Source: Myxococcota bacterium (lineage in GTDB: Bacteria > Myxococcota_A > Polyangia > Polyangiales > Sandaracinaceae). From it: a stretch of DNA of 38,760 nucleotides. The position numbers and the translations under genes are program-made. Each line of letters opens with the position of its first letter. The stretch's first letter is position 1. The stretch covers positions 1 through 38,760 of the forward strand of contig JAYZQJ010000206.1 in NCBI GenBank assembly GCA_036149055.1, in the 5' to 3' direction. Below are positions 1 through 9,408 of the stretch, in pieces. A model generated the notes under the pieces. It did no database searches. It was not told where the DNA came from and saw nothing but the letters and a program-made list of their open reading frames with translations.

Positions 1-748
1 AGTGTCGCTGCGCGACACGGGCTGGACTGGGCGGCGGGACGGTGGGCTGGCCGGCGGGTCCCCGGGTGGCGTCGCGGCTCGGCCAGCTGCTCTCTCCTCG
101 CCTCCCACCTCCCATCTCCCTGCATCCCCCCGGCCCCGCCCGACCGCGGCTCGGCCGCTCCTCACTCGCAGGAAGGGAGGAAGGTCGGAACGAGGAAGGA
201 GAGAGCGGGAAAAAGGTGACGGGAAAAAAGGGGGAGAGGGGGAGGTGGGAGACGGGAGGAAGTGTCGCTGCGCGACACGGGCTGGACTGGGCAGCGGGAC
301 GGTGGGTGGGCCGGCGGGTCGCCGGGTGGCGTCGCGGCTCGGCCAGCTGATCTCTCCTCGCCTCCGACCTCCGACCTCCGACCTCCCATCTCCCTGAATT
401 CGGCGCCGCCGGCCGGTGTGGCGAGGGGCGGCGCGCCGGCCGAGCCCGGGCGAGCCGCCGCGGCGTGCCCCCATCTGCTCGCTCCTCGCTTCCTACCTTC
501 CTCGCTTCCCGCGAGTGGGGCCCGCGAGTGCGGTGGGCAGAGGGCAGTCCGGCGGGTAGCGGCTGGCGTCGCGCCGTGGCCAGCTGATCTCTCCTCGCCT
601 CCCCCCTCCCATCTCCCCTGAATTCGGCGCCGCCGACCGGTGTGGCGAGGGGGGCGGCGTGCCGGCCGAGCCCCGGCGAGCCGCCGCGGCGTGCCCCCAC
701 CCGCTCCGCTCCTCGCTTCCGACCTTCCTCGCTTCCTGCGAGTGCGGG
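1..748. repeat. Mosaic intergenic repeat cluster (REP/BIME-like) of direct and inverted modules
   Basis: Module A (about 120 nt, begins with hairpin GTGTCGC-TGC-GCGACAC) at 1-122 and 261-396, partial third copy at about 550-620. Module B at 397-517 and 621-748. The 28-mer CACTCGCAGGAAGGGAGGAAGGTCGGAA (163-190) recurs inverted at 717-744 (27/28) and 490-517. ORFs here are low-complexity and look spurious. Confidence 0.85.
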
Positions 749-802
749 CGTGAAGGGGGAGCGCCAATCGAGGGAGGTGGTCGAAGGAGGGGGATCGGGA
801 CT

Positions 803-2206
803 ATGAACGGGGCGATGTCTCTGTCTGCCACGGTCTCTCGAGAGCTCGGCGCGGCGCTGGGCGAGGACGGGCTCAGCGTCGAGCCGGACGATCTCGCGGA
901 GTACGGCCGCGACTGGACGCGGGTCCACGAGCCGGCGCCCTCCGCGATCGCGTTCCCGCGGAGCACGGCGCAGGTCTCGGAGGTGATCCGGATCTGTCAC
1001 GCGCACGGGGTCGCGGTGGTTCCGTCGGGCGGGCGCACCGGGCTGGCGGCGGGGGCGGTGGCCAAGGACGGCGAGCTTGTGCTCTCGCTCGAGCGCATGC
1101 GCGCGATCGGCGAGCCGAGCCCAGTCGCGCTCACGCTCCACGTCGAGGCGGGCGCGATCACCGAGGCGGTGCACCAGAAGGCGGCCGAGCACGGGCTCAC
1201 CTGGCCGGTCGACTTCGCCAGCAAGGGCAGCTCGCAGGTGGGCGGCAACATCGCGACCAACGCCGGCGGCGTGAAGGTGATCCGCTACGGGCTGACCCGG
1301 CAGTGGGTGCTCGGCCTCACCGTGGTCACCGGGACCGGCGAGGTGCTCGAGCTCGGCGGGGCGCTCGAGAAGAACAACACCGGGGTCGACCTGCGGCAGC
1401 TCTTCATCGGCAGCGAGGGCACCCTGGGGATCATCACCGAGGCCACGCTCAAGCTCGCCCGCGAGCCCGGCCACCTCGACGTCTTCTTCTTCGCGGTCGA
1501 GGACCTCGCGGCGGTGCTGCGCGTGTTCGAGGCGGCCCGCAAGGGGCCCTTCGAGGTCAGCGCGTTCGAGATGCTCACCGATCGCTGCCTCGCGCGGCTG
1601 CATCGACACCGCGGGCTCAGCTCACCGCTCGAGACCGAGGCGAGCCACTACGTGCTGCTCGAGGTCGAGGCCCACGATCGCGAGGCGCTCGACGGCTGGC
1701 TGGAGTCGGTGATCGAGCGGGAGCTGGTGCTCGACGGCGCGCTCGCCGCCGGCTTGGAGCAGGCGCGCAAGCTCTGGGAGCTGCGCGAGGGGATCAGCGA
1801 GTCCCTCAGCGCGACCGGGCTGCCGCACAAGAACGACATCGCGCTGCCCATCGACGCGCTGCCCACGTTCTGCGCCGAGCTCGAGCGCGCGTTCGAGGAG
1901 CGCTACCCGGACTTCGAGGTCTGCCTCTTCGGCCACATCGGCGACGGCAACCTGCACGTCAACGTGATGAAGCCCGACGAGATGGACAAGGCCGCGTTCC
2001 TCTCCCGGGTGGCCGAGCTCGACGCGGCGCTCTTCGAGCTGGTGCGCGCCCACCGCGGCTCGATCAGCGCCGAGCACGGCGTGGGGCTGCTGAAGAAGCC
2101 CTACCTCGGCTACACCCGGAGCGACGCCGAGATCGCGCTCATGCGCCAGCTCAAGGCGGTCTTCGACCCCGCCGGCATCCTCAACCCCGGCAAGGTCTTC
2201 GACTGA
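803..2206 (+). CDS. FAD-binding oxidoreductase, GlcD/D-2-hydroxyglutarate dehydrogenase family
   Basis: Motifs PSGGRTGLAAGA, WPVDFASKGSSQVGGNIATNAGG, GSEGTLGIITEA, GHIGDGNLH, SAEHGVG and DPAGILNPGK. SD AAGGAGG at about 784 before ATG 803 (alternative ATG 815). Confidence 0.9.
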   Translation: MNGAMSLSATVSRELGAALGEDGLSVEPDDLAEYGRDWTRVHEPAPSAIAFPRSTAQVSEVIRICHAHGVAVVPSGGRTGLAAGAVAKDGELVLSLERMRAIGEPSPVALTLHVEAGAITEAVHQKAAEHGLTWPVDFASKGSSQVGGNIATNAGGVKVIRYGLTRQWVLGLTVVTGTGEVLELGGALEKNNTGVDLRQLFIGSEGTLGIITEATLKLAREPGHLDVFFFAVEDLAAVLRVFEAARKGPFEVSAFEMLTDRCLARLHRHRGLSSPLETEASHYVLLEVEAHDREALDGWLESVIERELVLDGALAAGLEQARKLWELREGISESLSATGLPHKNDIALPIDALPTFCAELERAFEERYPDFEVCLFGHIGDGNLHVNVMKPDEMDKAAFLSRVAELDAALFELVRAHRGSISAEHGVGLLKKPYLGYTRSDAEIALMRQLKAVFDPAGILNPGKVFD

Positions 2207-3493
2207 TCACTCGTCGAACAGGCGGACGCGAACCGGGCCCATGAAGGCGATGTTCGGGTTGCCGGGGGCGATCTCGAAGCTGGTGTTGAGGCCGGCGGCC
2301 CGGCCTCCGCTGCCCTGGACCACGACCGTCATCGCGAGCACCGACTGCATGGTGAAGGCGTCGCGGCCGTGGGTGTTCACCTCGTTGCAGATCTGACGGC
2401 GGTCGCTCTCGGAGGCGTGCTCGAGGATGTCGCCGACGAGGCGGCCGGGGAGGCCGTCGAGCTCGCTCGCCCGGGCCAGCTCGATGTCGTCGCAGTCGTC
2501 CGCCGCCGCGTCGAGCAGGTCGTCGAGGCCGGAGATCAGCGCCTTCTGGGAGTCGTTGGCCCGGGGGAACGCGGTGGGGGTGAGGATGTCGCCGAGCGTC
2601 CAGTCGCCCGCGACCAGGTTGGTGTAGCGGACCCGCCCGTCGGGGAAGACGACGGCGATGGCCCGGATCTGGCGCTGGCCGGCGATGGCGCGGAAGGCGA
2701 CGGCGGAGAGCTTGATCTCGGGGCTCGAGCCGAGCTGGCCGAGCTCCTGGGCGACGCTCGCGGTGGTGTTGGCCAGCGTCTCGCCGCCGCCGCCCGAGCC
2801 GTTCCACACCCCTCGCACGTCGGCCGGCCGGACCTGCGCCGCCGCGAGCACGTCCTCGCTCGCCGCGTTCACCTCGTCGGCGAACTCGCCGCCGCCGCCG
2901 AGCGACGTCGCCGCGAAGATGCCGCCGCCGACGCAGATCGTCAGCAGGAGGAGCAGGCCGCAGCCGCCGCCCACCAGGAGGGGGAGCTTGCTCTTCTTCG
3001 GCGGCGTCGCCGCGCCCATCGCGCCCATCGCCGGGCCGGGCGCGTGGGCCGCCATCGCGCCCGGGTGACTGCCGGGCTGGCTGGCAGGGTGGCCCCCGAA
3101 GCCGGGCGCGCTGCCAGGCTGGCCGCCGAAGCCGCCGGGGGGCGGGAAGCCCCCGCGGGACTGCGCCATCTGCTGGATGGCGTTGCTGTCGAGCGCCATC
3201 GTCGGCGCGACGCCGCCCTGGCTGGGGCTCGCCGGGCCGGGGCTGCTGGTCGGCGCGGGGGTGGCCTGCGCCGCCGGTGGGGCGCCGACGCGGCCGGGGC
3301 TGCTCTTGACCCGCGCCGCGGCGCTCGCCGCCTGCGCGAAGGGAGGGTGGCTGGTGAGCGACTTCCACTCGTTGCCGCCGACCGGGCAGATCTGCGCGTC
3401 CCCCGGCACCTCGCCCGCGCTGATCATGCCGAGCACGGCGCCCTCGTCGAGCGGCCCCTCCGCGGTGCCCGACCGGTTCAGGTACCACTGCAT
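2207..3493 (-). CDS. GYF_2 (DUF4339)-domain membrane protein with Pro/Gly-rich linker and single TM helix
   Basis: N-terminal WYLNRSGTAEGPL...EWKSL is typical of GYF_2. It is followed by a Pro/Ala/Gly linker, KKSK plus a hydrophobic helix, then an acidic C-terminal domain. SD GGAGG at 3506-3510; alternative GTG start at 3502. Confidence 0.75.
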   Translation of the reverse strand: MQWYLNRSGTAEGPLDEGAVLGMISAGEVPGDAQICPVGGNEWKSLTSHPPFAQAASAAARVKSSPGRVGAPPAAQATPAPTSSPGPASPSQGGVAPTMALDSNAIQQMAQSRGGFPPPGGFGGQPGSAPGFGGHPASQPGSHPGAMAAHAPGPAMGAMGAATPPKKSKLPLLVGGGCGLLLLLTICVGGGIFAATSLGGGGEFADEVNAASEDVLAAAQVRPADVRGVWNGSGGGGETLANTTASVAQELGQLGSSPEIKLSAVAFRAIAGQRQIRAIAVVFPDGRVRYTNLVAGDWTLGDILTPTAFPRANDSQKALISGLDDLLDAAADDCDDIELARASELDGLPGRLVGDILEHASESDRRQICNEVNTHGRDAFTMQSVLAMTVVVQGSGGRAAGLNTSFEIAPGNPNIAFMGPVRVRLFDE

Positions 3494-3582
3494 GTCCCCC
3501 ACCTACCTCCAGAGCTCGCGACTCGACGACGCTACCACACCTACGCGGCGCGCCGTCGAGCCTTCCTCCCCCGGGCAGGAGC

Positions 3583-4788
3583 TCAATACATGAGGCGGGC
3601 GCGGATCGTCGTCTTCAGCGCGGCCACGTCCTGGACGATCGCCGCGCCCTCGCCGCCGGCCACGTCCATCAGCAGGTAGCCGACGCCGGGGTCGGTCGCG
3701 AGGACCTGGCCGACCACGTTCGCCCCGTGGTTGGCGACGATGCGGTGCACGTCCCCGAGCACGCCGGGCACGTTGCGGTGGAAGTGCTGGATGCGGTGGG
3801 TGTCCGGGCTCGGCGGCATGTCGGCGGTGGGCACGTTGACCGCGCCGGCGGTGATGCCGAGGTCGAGGTAGCGGATGAGCGCGGTCGAGACCTCCTGGCC
3901 GATCGAGACCTGCGCCTCCTGGGTGGAGCCGCCGATGTGCGGGCTCAGGATGACGTTCTTCAGCCCCTGGAGCGGGCTCTCGAAGGGCTCGTCGTTCGTC
4001 TTGGGCTCCTTCGGGTAGACGTCGACCGCGGCCCCGGCGAGGTGCTCGTCCTTCAGGGCGGCGACGAGCGCGTCGATGACGACGACGTTCCCGCGGCTGA
4101 GGTTGAGCAGGCACGCGCCCTTCTTCATGCGGCGCAGCTCCGCCTCGCCGATGAGGTTCTCGGTGACCGGGGTGGCGGGCACGTGGAGCGAGACGAAGTC
4201 CGCCGCCTCGAGCAGGTCCTCGAGGCCGACCGACGGGCGGTTGTTGCCCATCGGGAGCTGGCTGGCGATGTCGTGGAAGAGCACCTGCATGCCGAACGCC
4301 TCGGCGAGCACGCCGACCTGTCGGCCGATGTGGCCGTAGCCGATGATGCCGAGGACCTTGCCCCGCACCTCGTGGCTGCCGGCGGCCGACTTCCTCCACA
4401 CCCCGCGGTGCATCTGGGTGTTCCGGTCCCCGAGCCGGCGGGCGAGGAAGACGATCTCGGCCATCACCATCTCGGCCACGCTGCGCGTGTTCGAGAAGGG
4501 CGCGTTGAAGGCGGGCACGCCGCGCTTGTTGGCCTCGTCGAGCGCGATCTGGTTGGTGCCGATGCAGAAGGCGCCGATGGCCCGGAGCCCCTCGGCCGCC
4601 TCGAGCACCGCCGGGGTCACGTGCGTCTTCGAGCGGATGCCGACCGCGACGCAGTCGGCCAGCTCCTTCGCGAGGTCCTCCTCGCCGAGCGCCTTGGACA
4701 GCAGGTCCACCTCGTAGCCGGCGGACTCCAGGTTCTCCATCGCGCCAGGGTGGATGTTCTCGAGAAGCAGAATGCGACCTTTGCTCAC
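3583..4788 (-). CDS. serA: D-3-phosphoglycerate dehydrogenase (with C-terminal ACT domain)
   Basis: ILLLENIH, GIRSKT, FCIGTNQI, NAPFSNTRSVAE, GIIGYGHIG, PHIGGSTQEAQ and ACT motif HRNVPGVL. GTG start at 4788 with SD GGAGGG. Confidence 0.95.
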   Translation of the reverse strand: MSKGRILLLENIHPGAMENLESAGYEVDLLSKALGEEDLAKELADCVAVGIRSKTHVTPAVLEAAEGLRAIGAFCIGTNQIALDEANKRGVPAFNAPFSNTRSVAEMVMAEIVFLARRLGDRNTQMHRGVWRKSAAGSHEVRGKVLGIIGYGHIGRQVGVLAEAFGMQVLFHDIASQLPMGNNRPSVGLEDLLEAADFVSLHVPATPVTENLIGEAELRRMKKGACLLNLSRGNVVVIDALVAALKDEHLAGAAVDVYPKEPKTNDEPFESPLQGLKNVILSPHIGGSTQEAQVSIGQEVSTALIRYLDLGITAGAVNVPTADMPPSPDTHRIQHFHRNVPGVLGDVHRIVANHGANVVGQVLATDPGVGYLLMDVAGGEGAAIVQDVAALKTTIRARLMY

Positions 4789-4853
4789 GGCGACCCTCCG
4801 AGTCAGGCCTGCGAGGTAGGGCAACTCGCGCCGTGACGCAATGCGGCAATCGA

Positions 4854-5504
4854 CTAATGCAGCATCAGCTCGATCCGGGGCCGCCGGTCGGGGTCCACCG
4901 CCCAGGGGGAGGCGAGGATCAGGGGGCGCTCGCCGCGGCTCTCGAGGCGCAGCAGCAGGTGGAGGCGACGGTCCGCGCGCCCGGCGGCGGCCCGGGCGGC
5001 CTCGGTGACGTCGACCCGGAGCGGGAACACCGCCCCCTCGGCCAGGGCGTGTCGGCCGGCGGCGAAGCGGAGGGGCAGGGCGCCGGGGCGGGCCGGGAGC
5101 GGGCCCCCGCGGAACGGCTCGACGTGCTCGACGATCACCTCGCCGCGGGCGTCGGTGCGGGCGTCGGGGTCGAGGGGCTGCACCACGAGCAGCGCGCGCA
5201 GGATCTCGCTGCCCGGCGGGAGCGGCCCGAAGGCGACCAGGCCCTCGGTGGCCGCGCGGCCGCCGATCGGCATCGCGTCGCCGAGCGCCCGGCGACGGCC
5301 GGCGACCCCCCAGTCGATCGGGGTCAGCCAGCGCGAGCCGGCGAAGCGGGCGCCCTCGGGGGAGCCCAGCCGCACGCAGCGACCGTCGAGCCCGCACACC
5401 CGGCCGCCCGCGCACTCGCTGGAGCGCGCGCAGGGGGGCGGGCCGCCACAGGCGAGCAGCGCGAGCGCGAGCGCGGCACGAACGATGGGTGTCGAAACCC
5501 GCAC
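4854..5504 (-). CDS. Lipoprotein with Cys-rich N-terminal module and DNRLRE-like beta-sandwich domain
   Basis: Lipobox LLAC, then CARSSECAGGRVCGLDGRC, LRVDVTEAAR and C-terminal RPRIELMLH. TATGGT lies 6 nt upstream of GTG 5504. Confidence 0.65.
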   Translation of the reverse strand: MRVSTPIVRAALALALLACGGPPPCARSSECAGGRVCGLDGRCVRLGSPEGARFAGSRWLTPIDWGVAGRRRALGDAMPIGGRAATEGLVAFGPLPPGSEILRALLVVQPLDPDARTDARGEVIVEHVEPFRGGPLPARPGALPLRFAAGRHALAEGAVFPLRVDVTEAARAAAGRADRRLHLLLRLESRGERPLILASPWAVDPDRRPRIELMLH

Positions 5505-5542
5505 GCGTGGACCATACTGCACGCGACATGGAGATCGATCGA

Positions 5543-6055
5543 ATGACGAAGACGTGGATCGGAACCCTGCTGGTCGCCGCGCTCGCGCTGGGCTGCGGCG
5601 AAGACGAGGCGGCGACGTCGCCCGAAGGTGAGACCGCGGAGGCGCCGCCGACCGCGGCCGAGCGCCCGGCGGAGGGCGCGGACGACGAGGAGGCGGGCCC
5701 GGTGGTCGACGACCCGACGTTCGAGCTGCGGGCCTCGGCCGGGGGCCCCTACCAGAACGGCCAGGAGGGCACCTTCGAGGTCCGGCTGACCCCCCGCGGC
5801 GAGTACCACGTCAACCAGGACTACCCGATGACCGTCGAGGTCACCGCCCCCGACGGCGTGCAGGCGCCCGCGGCCCCGCTCGGCAACGCCGACGCCGAGG
5901 AGTTCACCGAGGAGGTCGCCCGCTTCGACGTCCCCTTCACCGCCAGCGGCGCCGGCGAGCACCGCGTGACCGCGGTCGTCGACTTCGCCGTCTGCACCCC
6001 CGAGGCGTGCATGCCGGATCGGCGCACGCTCGCCCTCGTCCTGCCGGTACAGTAG
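5543..6055 (+). CDS. Lipoprotein with DsbD N-terminal (Ig-like) type domain
   Basis: Lipobox LALGC, acidic linker, GEYHVNQDYP and DFAVCTPEACMP (Cys pair in the position seen in DsbD-N folds). Confidence 0.7.
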   Translation: MTKTWIGTLLVAALALGCGEDEAATSPEGETAEAPPTAAERPAEGADDEEAGPVVDDPTFELRASAGGPYQNGQEGTFEVRLTPRGEYHVNQDYPMTVEVTAPDGVQAPAAPLGNADAEEFTEEVARFDVPFTASGAGEHRVTAVVDFAVCTPEACMPDRRTLALVLPVQ

Positions 6056-6059
6056 GCCC

Positions 6060-8324
6060 ATGTTCGACCCCCGCTCCCGGCTCAGCCAGATCGGCGCCGT
6101 CGTCCGGGACCGCTTCGACTCCCAGAAGCGCGTCCTCTCCTTCGACGAGTACCTCGATCTGTTCGCGAAGCACCCCTGGCGGCACAGCCGGGACGCGGCG
6201 CGCTATCTGCGCGACTGCCTCGACTACTTCGGCACCTACGAGGTCGAGCGCCCCGGCGCGAACGCCAAGCGCTGGCGCCTCTTCGACCTCGAGTTCGAGC
6301 GGAGCGACGAGCAGAGCGCCGACGAGTCGGGGGACGGGCACGACTTCCTGGTCGGCCAGGAGCGCCTCCAGGGCGAGTTCTATCGCATCGTCAGCAACTT
6401 CGTGCGCGAGGGCCGCATCAACCGGCTCGTGCTCCTGCACGGCCCCAACGGCTCGGCGAAGAGCACCTTCGTCGGCTGCCTGATGCGGGCTCTCGAGCAC
6501 TACTCCTACCAGGACGAGGGCGCGCTCTACCGCTTCAGCTGGATCTTCCCGCGCGGCAAGGACGGCAAGACGGTGGGCTTCGGCTCGCGCGACGACTCGT
6601 TCGAGCCGGGCGAGAGCTTCGCGCACCTCCCGGACAGCCGGATCGACGTCAAGCTCACGAGCGAGCTGCGCGAGAACCCGCTCCTGCTGCTCCCGCGCGC
6701 GGAGCGGCGGCGCCTGATCGACGAGGCCTACGACGCCGGCGGCGTGAAGGAGGGGGCGCCGCACGCGGTGGCCAACGGCCAGCTCGGCGCGAAGAACCGC
6801 CAGATCTTCGACGCGCTGCTCACCGCCTACCGCGGGGACCTCTCGAAGGTCCTCGCCCACGTGCGGGTCGAGCGCTTCTATCACTCGCGCCGCTACCGGC
6901 TGGGCGTGGTGACCATCGGGCCCGAGATGGCGGTGGACGCGCAAGAGCGGCAGATCAGCGTCGACCGATCCCTCGGCGCGCTGCCGGCCTCGCTGAGCGC
7001 GCTCTCGCTCTTCGAGACGGTGGGCGAGCTGGTCGACGCCTCGGGCGGGCTGCTCGAGTACAGCGACCTGCTCAAGCGGCCGCTCGACGCGTGGCGCTAT
7101 CTCCTGCTCGCGATCGAGACCGGCGAGGTCTCCCTCAACTTCTCGATGCTGCCGCTCAACAGCGTGCTCGTCGCGACGAGCAACGAGCTTCACCTCAACG
7201 CGTTCAAGGAGCACCACGAGTACCGCTCGTTCCGCGGGCGGCTACAGATGGTGCGGGTCCCCTACCTGCTCGACCACCGGCGCGAGCAGGGCATCTACGA
7301 CGCGCAGATCGTGCCGCAGGTGCGCACCCACGTGGCGCCGCACGCGACCTACGTGGCCGCGCTCTGGGCGGTGCTCACCCGGCTGATGCGCCCGCAGGGC
7401 GACGAGTACGACGACGCGACGCTGGGCCGCCTCGCCTCGAGCCTCTCGCCGCTCGAGAAGGCGGAGCTCTACGCGTCGGGCCGGATCCCCGAGCGCTTCG
7501 CGAGCGAGGAGGCCAAGGAGCTGCGCGCCGGCCTCGACGAGGTGCGGCACGAGTCGGACACCTGGCCCAAGTACGAGGGGCTCAGCGGCGCGTCGCCGCG
7601 CGAGATCCGGAACCTGCTCCTCGACGCCGCGCAGGACCCTCGCTACGGCTGCCTCTCGCCGCTGGCCGTGCTCGAGCACATCGCCGCCTTCTGCGACTCG
7701 GACGACTACGACTTTCTCAAGGAGAAGCCCGAGAGCGGCTACCACGACCACCGCGGGTTCGTGGAGGTGGTGCGCGAGCGCTGGCTCGACTTCGTCGACG
7801 AGGAGTTCCGCACCTCGACCGGGCTGGTCGAGGAGACGCAGTACGTCGATCTCTTCGAGCGCTACGTCACCCACGTCTCCTTCTGGACGAAGGGGGAGCG
7901 GGTGCAGAACCCGATGACCGGCGACTACGAGGAGCCGGACGAGGGGCTGATGAAGAACGTCGAGCGCATGCTGGACGTCGACCCGGCCAAGGCGGACTCG
8001 TTCCGCAAGGACCTGATCAGCACCGTCGCCGGCCACGCCATCGACAACCCCGGGGTGAGCGTCAGCTACACCAAGGTGTTCCCGCGCTTCCTCGCCAAGC
8101 TGCGCGAGGCCACCTACGGCAAGCGCAAGAAGCAGCTCGCCGCGATCGCCGAGGACCTGCTCGTGATCCTCGCCGAGGACGAGCGCGCCATCCGGCAGAT
8201 GGGCGCCGAGCGCGAGAAGGCGGCGAGGGACACCCTCGCGCGGCTCTACGCCGACCACGGCTACGCGGAGCCCTCGGTGCGCGATGCGGTGGGCGAGCTC
8301 CTCCGGCGGCGGTACGCGCGATGA
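6060..8324 (+). CDS. prkA: PrkA/YeaG-family AAA+ serine protein kinase
   Basis: 754 aa with N-terminal LSFDEYL, Walker A LHGPNGSAKST, GLLEYSDLLKRP, RMVRVPYLL-like segment (QMVRVPYLL) and EGLSGASPRE. Confidence 0.9.
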   Translation: MFDPRSRLSQIGAVVRDRFDSQKRVLSFDEYLDLFAKHPWRHSRDAARYLRDCLDYFGTYEVERPGANAKRWRLFDLEFERSDEQSADESGDGHDFLVGQERLQGEFYRIVSNFVREGRINRLVLLHGPNGSAKSTFVGCLMRALEHYSYQDEGALYRFSWIFPRGKDGKTVGFGSRDDSFEPGESFAHLPDSRIDVKLTSELRENPLLLLPRAERRRLIDEAYDAGGVKEGAPHAVANGQLGAKNRQIFDALLTAYRGDLSKVLAHVRVERFYHSRRYRLGVVTIGPEMAVDAQERQISVDRSLGALPASLSALSLFETVGELVDASGGLLEYSDLLKRPLDAWRYLLLAIETGEVSLNFSMLPLNSVLVATSNELHLNAFKEHHEYRSFRGRLQMVRVPYLLDHRREQGIYDAQIVPQVRTHVAPHATYVAALWAVLTRLMRPQGDEYDDATLGRLASSLSPLEKAELYASGRIPERFASEEAKELRAGLDEVRHESDTWPKYEGLSGASPREIRNLLLDAAQDPRYGCLSPLAVLEHIAAFCDSDDYDFLKEKPESGYHDHRGFVEVVRERWLDFVDEEFRTSTGLVEETQYVDLFERYVTHVSFWTKGERVQNPMTGDYEEPDEGLMKNVERMLDVDPAKADSFRKDLISTVAGHAIDNPGVSVSYTKVFPRFLAKLREATYGKRKKQLAAIAEDLLVILAEDERAIRQMGAEREKAARDTLARLYADHGYAEPSVRDAVGELLRRRYAR

Positions 8325-8644
8325 TGTTCGACCCGGACAGCGTCGAGATCCGGCGGGTGGTGCCGCCCAAGGTCGACGCGGTGGCCAAGCGCGCCCAGCA
8401 GCACTGGGACTTCCTCGACCGCAGCGGCCACGTCTTCGCGCGGGCCGAGATCTACGAGGGCTCCGAGCAGTGGGGCGTGCGGGTGCACGACCGCGCGCCG
8501 GGCCTCGAGGACGGCGACCTGCTGCGGCTCGTGGCGCGCCTGCTCGTCTGGCACGCGAAGTGTCCGACCGACACCGTGGACGTCGTGCTCGGCCGGAGCC
8601 ACGAGCACCACACGATGGTGAAGGTCGGGGCCGACTTCGTGTGA
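8321..8644 (+). CDS. Hypothetical protein (107 aa), translationally coupled to prkA
   Basis: ATGA overlap with the prkA stop and GTGA overlap with the next gene. High GC3 and a globular-looking sequence (MMFDPDSVEIRRVV...KVGADFV). Confidence 0.75.
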   Translation: MMFDPDSVEIRRVVPPKVDAVAKRAQQHWDFLDRSGHVFARAEIYEGSEQWGVRVHDRAPGLEDGDLLRLVARLLVWHAKCPTDTVDVVLGRSHEHHTMVKVGADFV

Positions 8645-9396
8645 AGCTGCACGTCCTCGGCTCCGGCACCGCCATCCCCCATCCGGCGCGCGGGGCGAGC
8701 GGCTACGCGCTGGTGGAGGACGGCGTGGCCTGTCTGATCGAGTGCGGGCCCGGCTCCACGCGGCGCTGGCCGGCGGCCGGGATCGACTTCGCGAGCGCCC
8801 GTCTCATCGTCGTCACCCACCACCACGTGGATCACTGCTGCGACCTGCCGGCGGTGCTCTTCGGGCGGAACGTGCCGGAGCCGCCGGTGCGGACCCCGCT
8901 CGCGCTGCTCGGCCCGGAGAGCCACGGCGCCCACGTGGCCGCCATCGAGGCGATGTACGGGCGCTGGGTCGCCGACCGCGGGGGCGCGCGCGAGGTGGTC
9001 TCGATGCGCGACGGCGACGCCTACGAGGCCGGCCCGTTCCGGGTCGACGCGCGGGTCATGCTGCACTCGCCGGGCGCGCTCGGGGTCCGGGTCACGGCGG
9101 GCGGCCGGTCGCTCGCCTTCAGCGGGGACAGCGGCCCGTGCGACGCGCTGGTGGAGCTCTGCCGCGGGGCCGACCTGGCGCTGCTCGAGTGCAGCTACCC
9201 GGCGGCCCGGGACGTGGCCCGGCACCTCACCACCAAGACGGCGGCCGAGGTCGCCGTCCGGGCCGGCGTGTCCCGGCTCGTGCTCACCCACTTCTATCCC
9301 GAGTGCGACGACGTCGACGTGGAGGCCGAGGTCCGCGCGGCCGGCTACCGGGGCGCGCTGCACCTGGCGGAAGATGGCGACGTGCTTCAGGTGTGA
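8641..9396 (+). CDS. Metallo-beta-lactamase fold hydrolase, RNase Z/ElaC-like
   Basis: LHVLGSG, IECGPG, THHHVDH, HSPG, FSGDS, LLECS, RHL, LTHFYP and AEDG motifs. Confidence 0.88.
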   Translation: MKLHVLGSGTAIPHPARGASGYALVEDGVACLIECGPGSTRRWPAAGIDFASARLIVVTHHHVDHCCDLPAVLFGRNVPEPPVRTPLALLGPESHGAHVAAIEAMYGRWVADRGGAREVVSMRDGDAYEAGPFRVDARVMLHSPGALGVRVTAGGRSLAFSGDSGPCDALVELCRGADLALLECSYPAARDVARHLTTKTAAEVAVRAGVSRLVLTHFYPECDDVDVEAEVRAAGYRGALHLAEDGDVLQV

Positions 9397-9408
9397 TAGC
9401 TGAGAAGC

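Noticed and set aside
2..966. Multiple ORFs of 100-200 aa in the first 1 kb
   Set aside because: They translate the repeat modules (two begin with the same MSLRDTGWTG), are low-complexity and contain no recognisable motifs.
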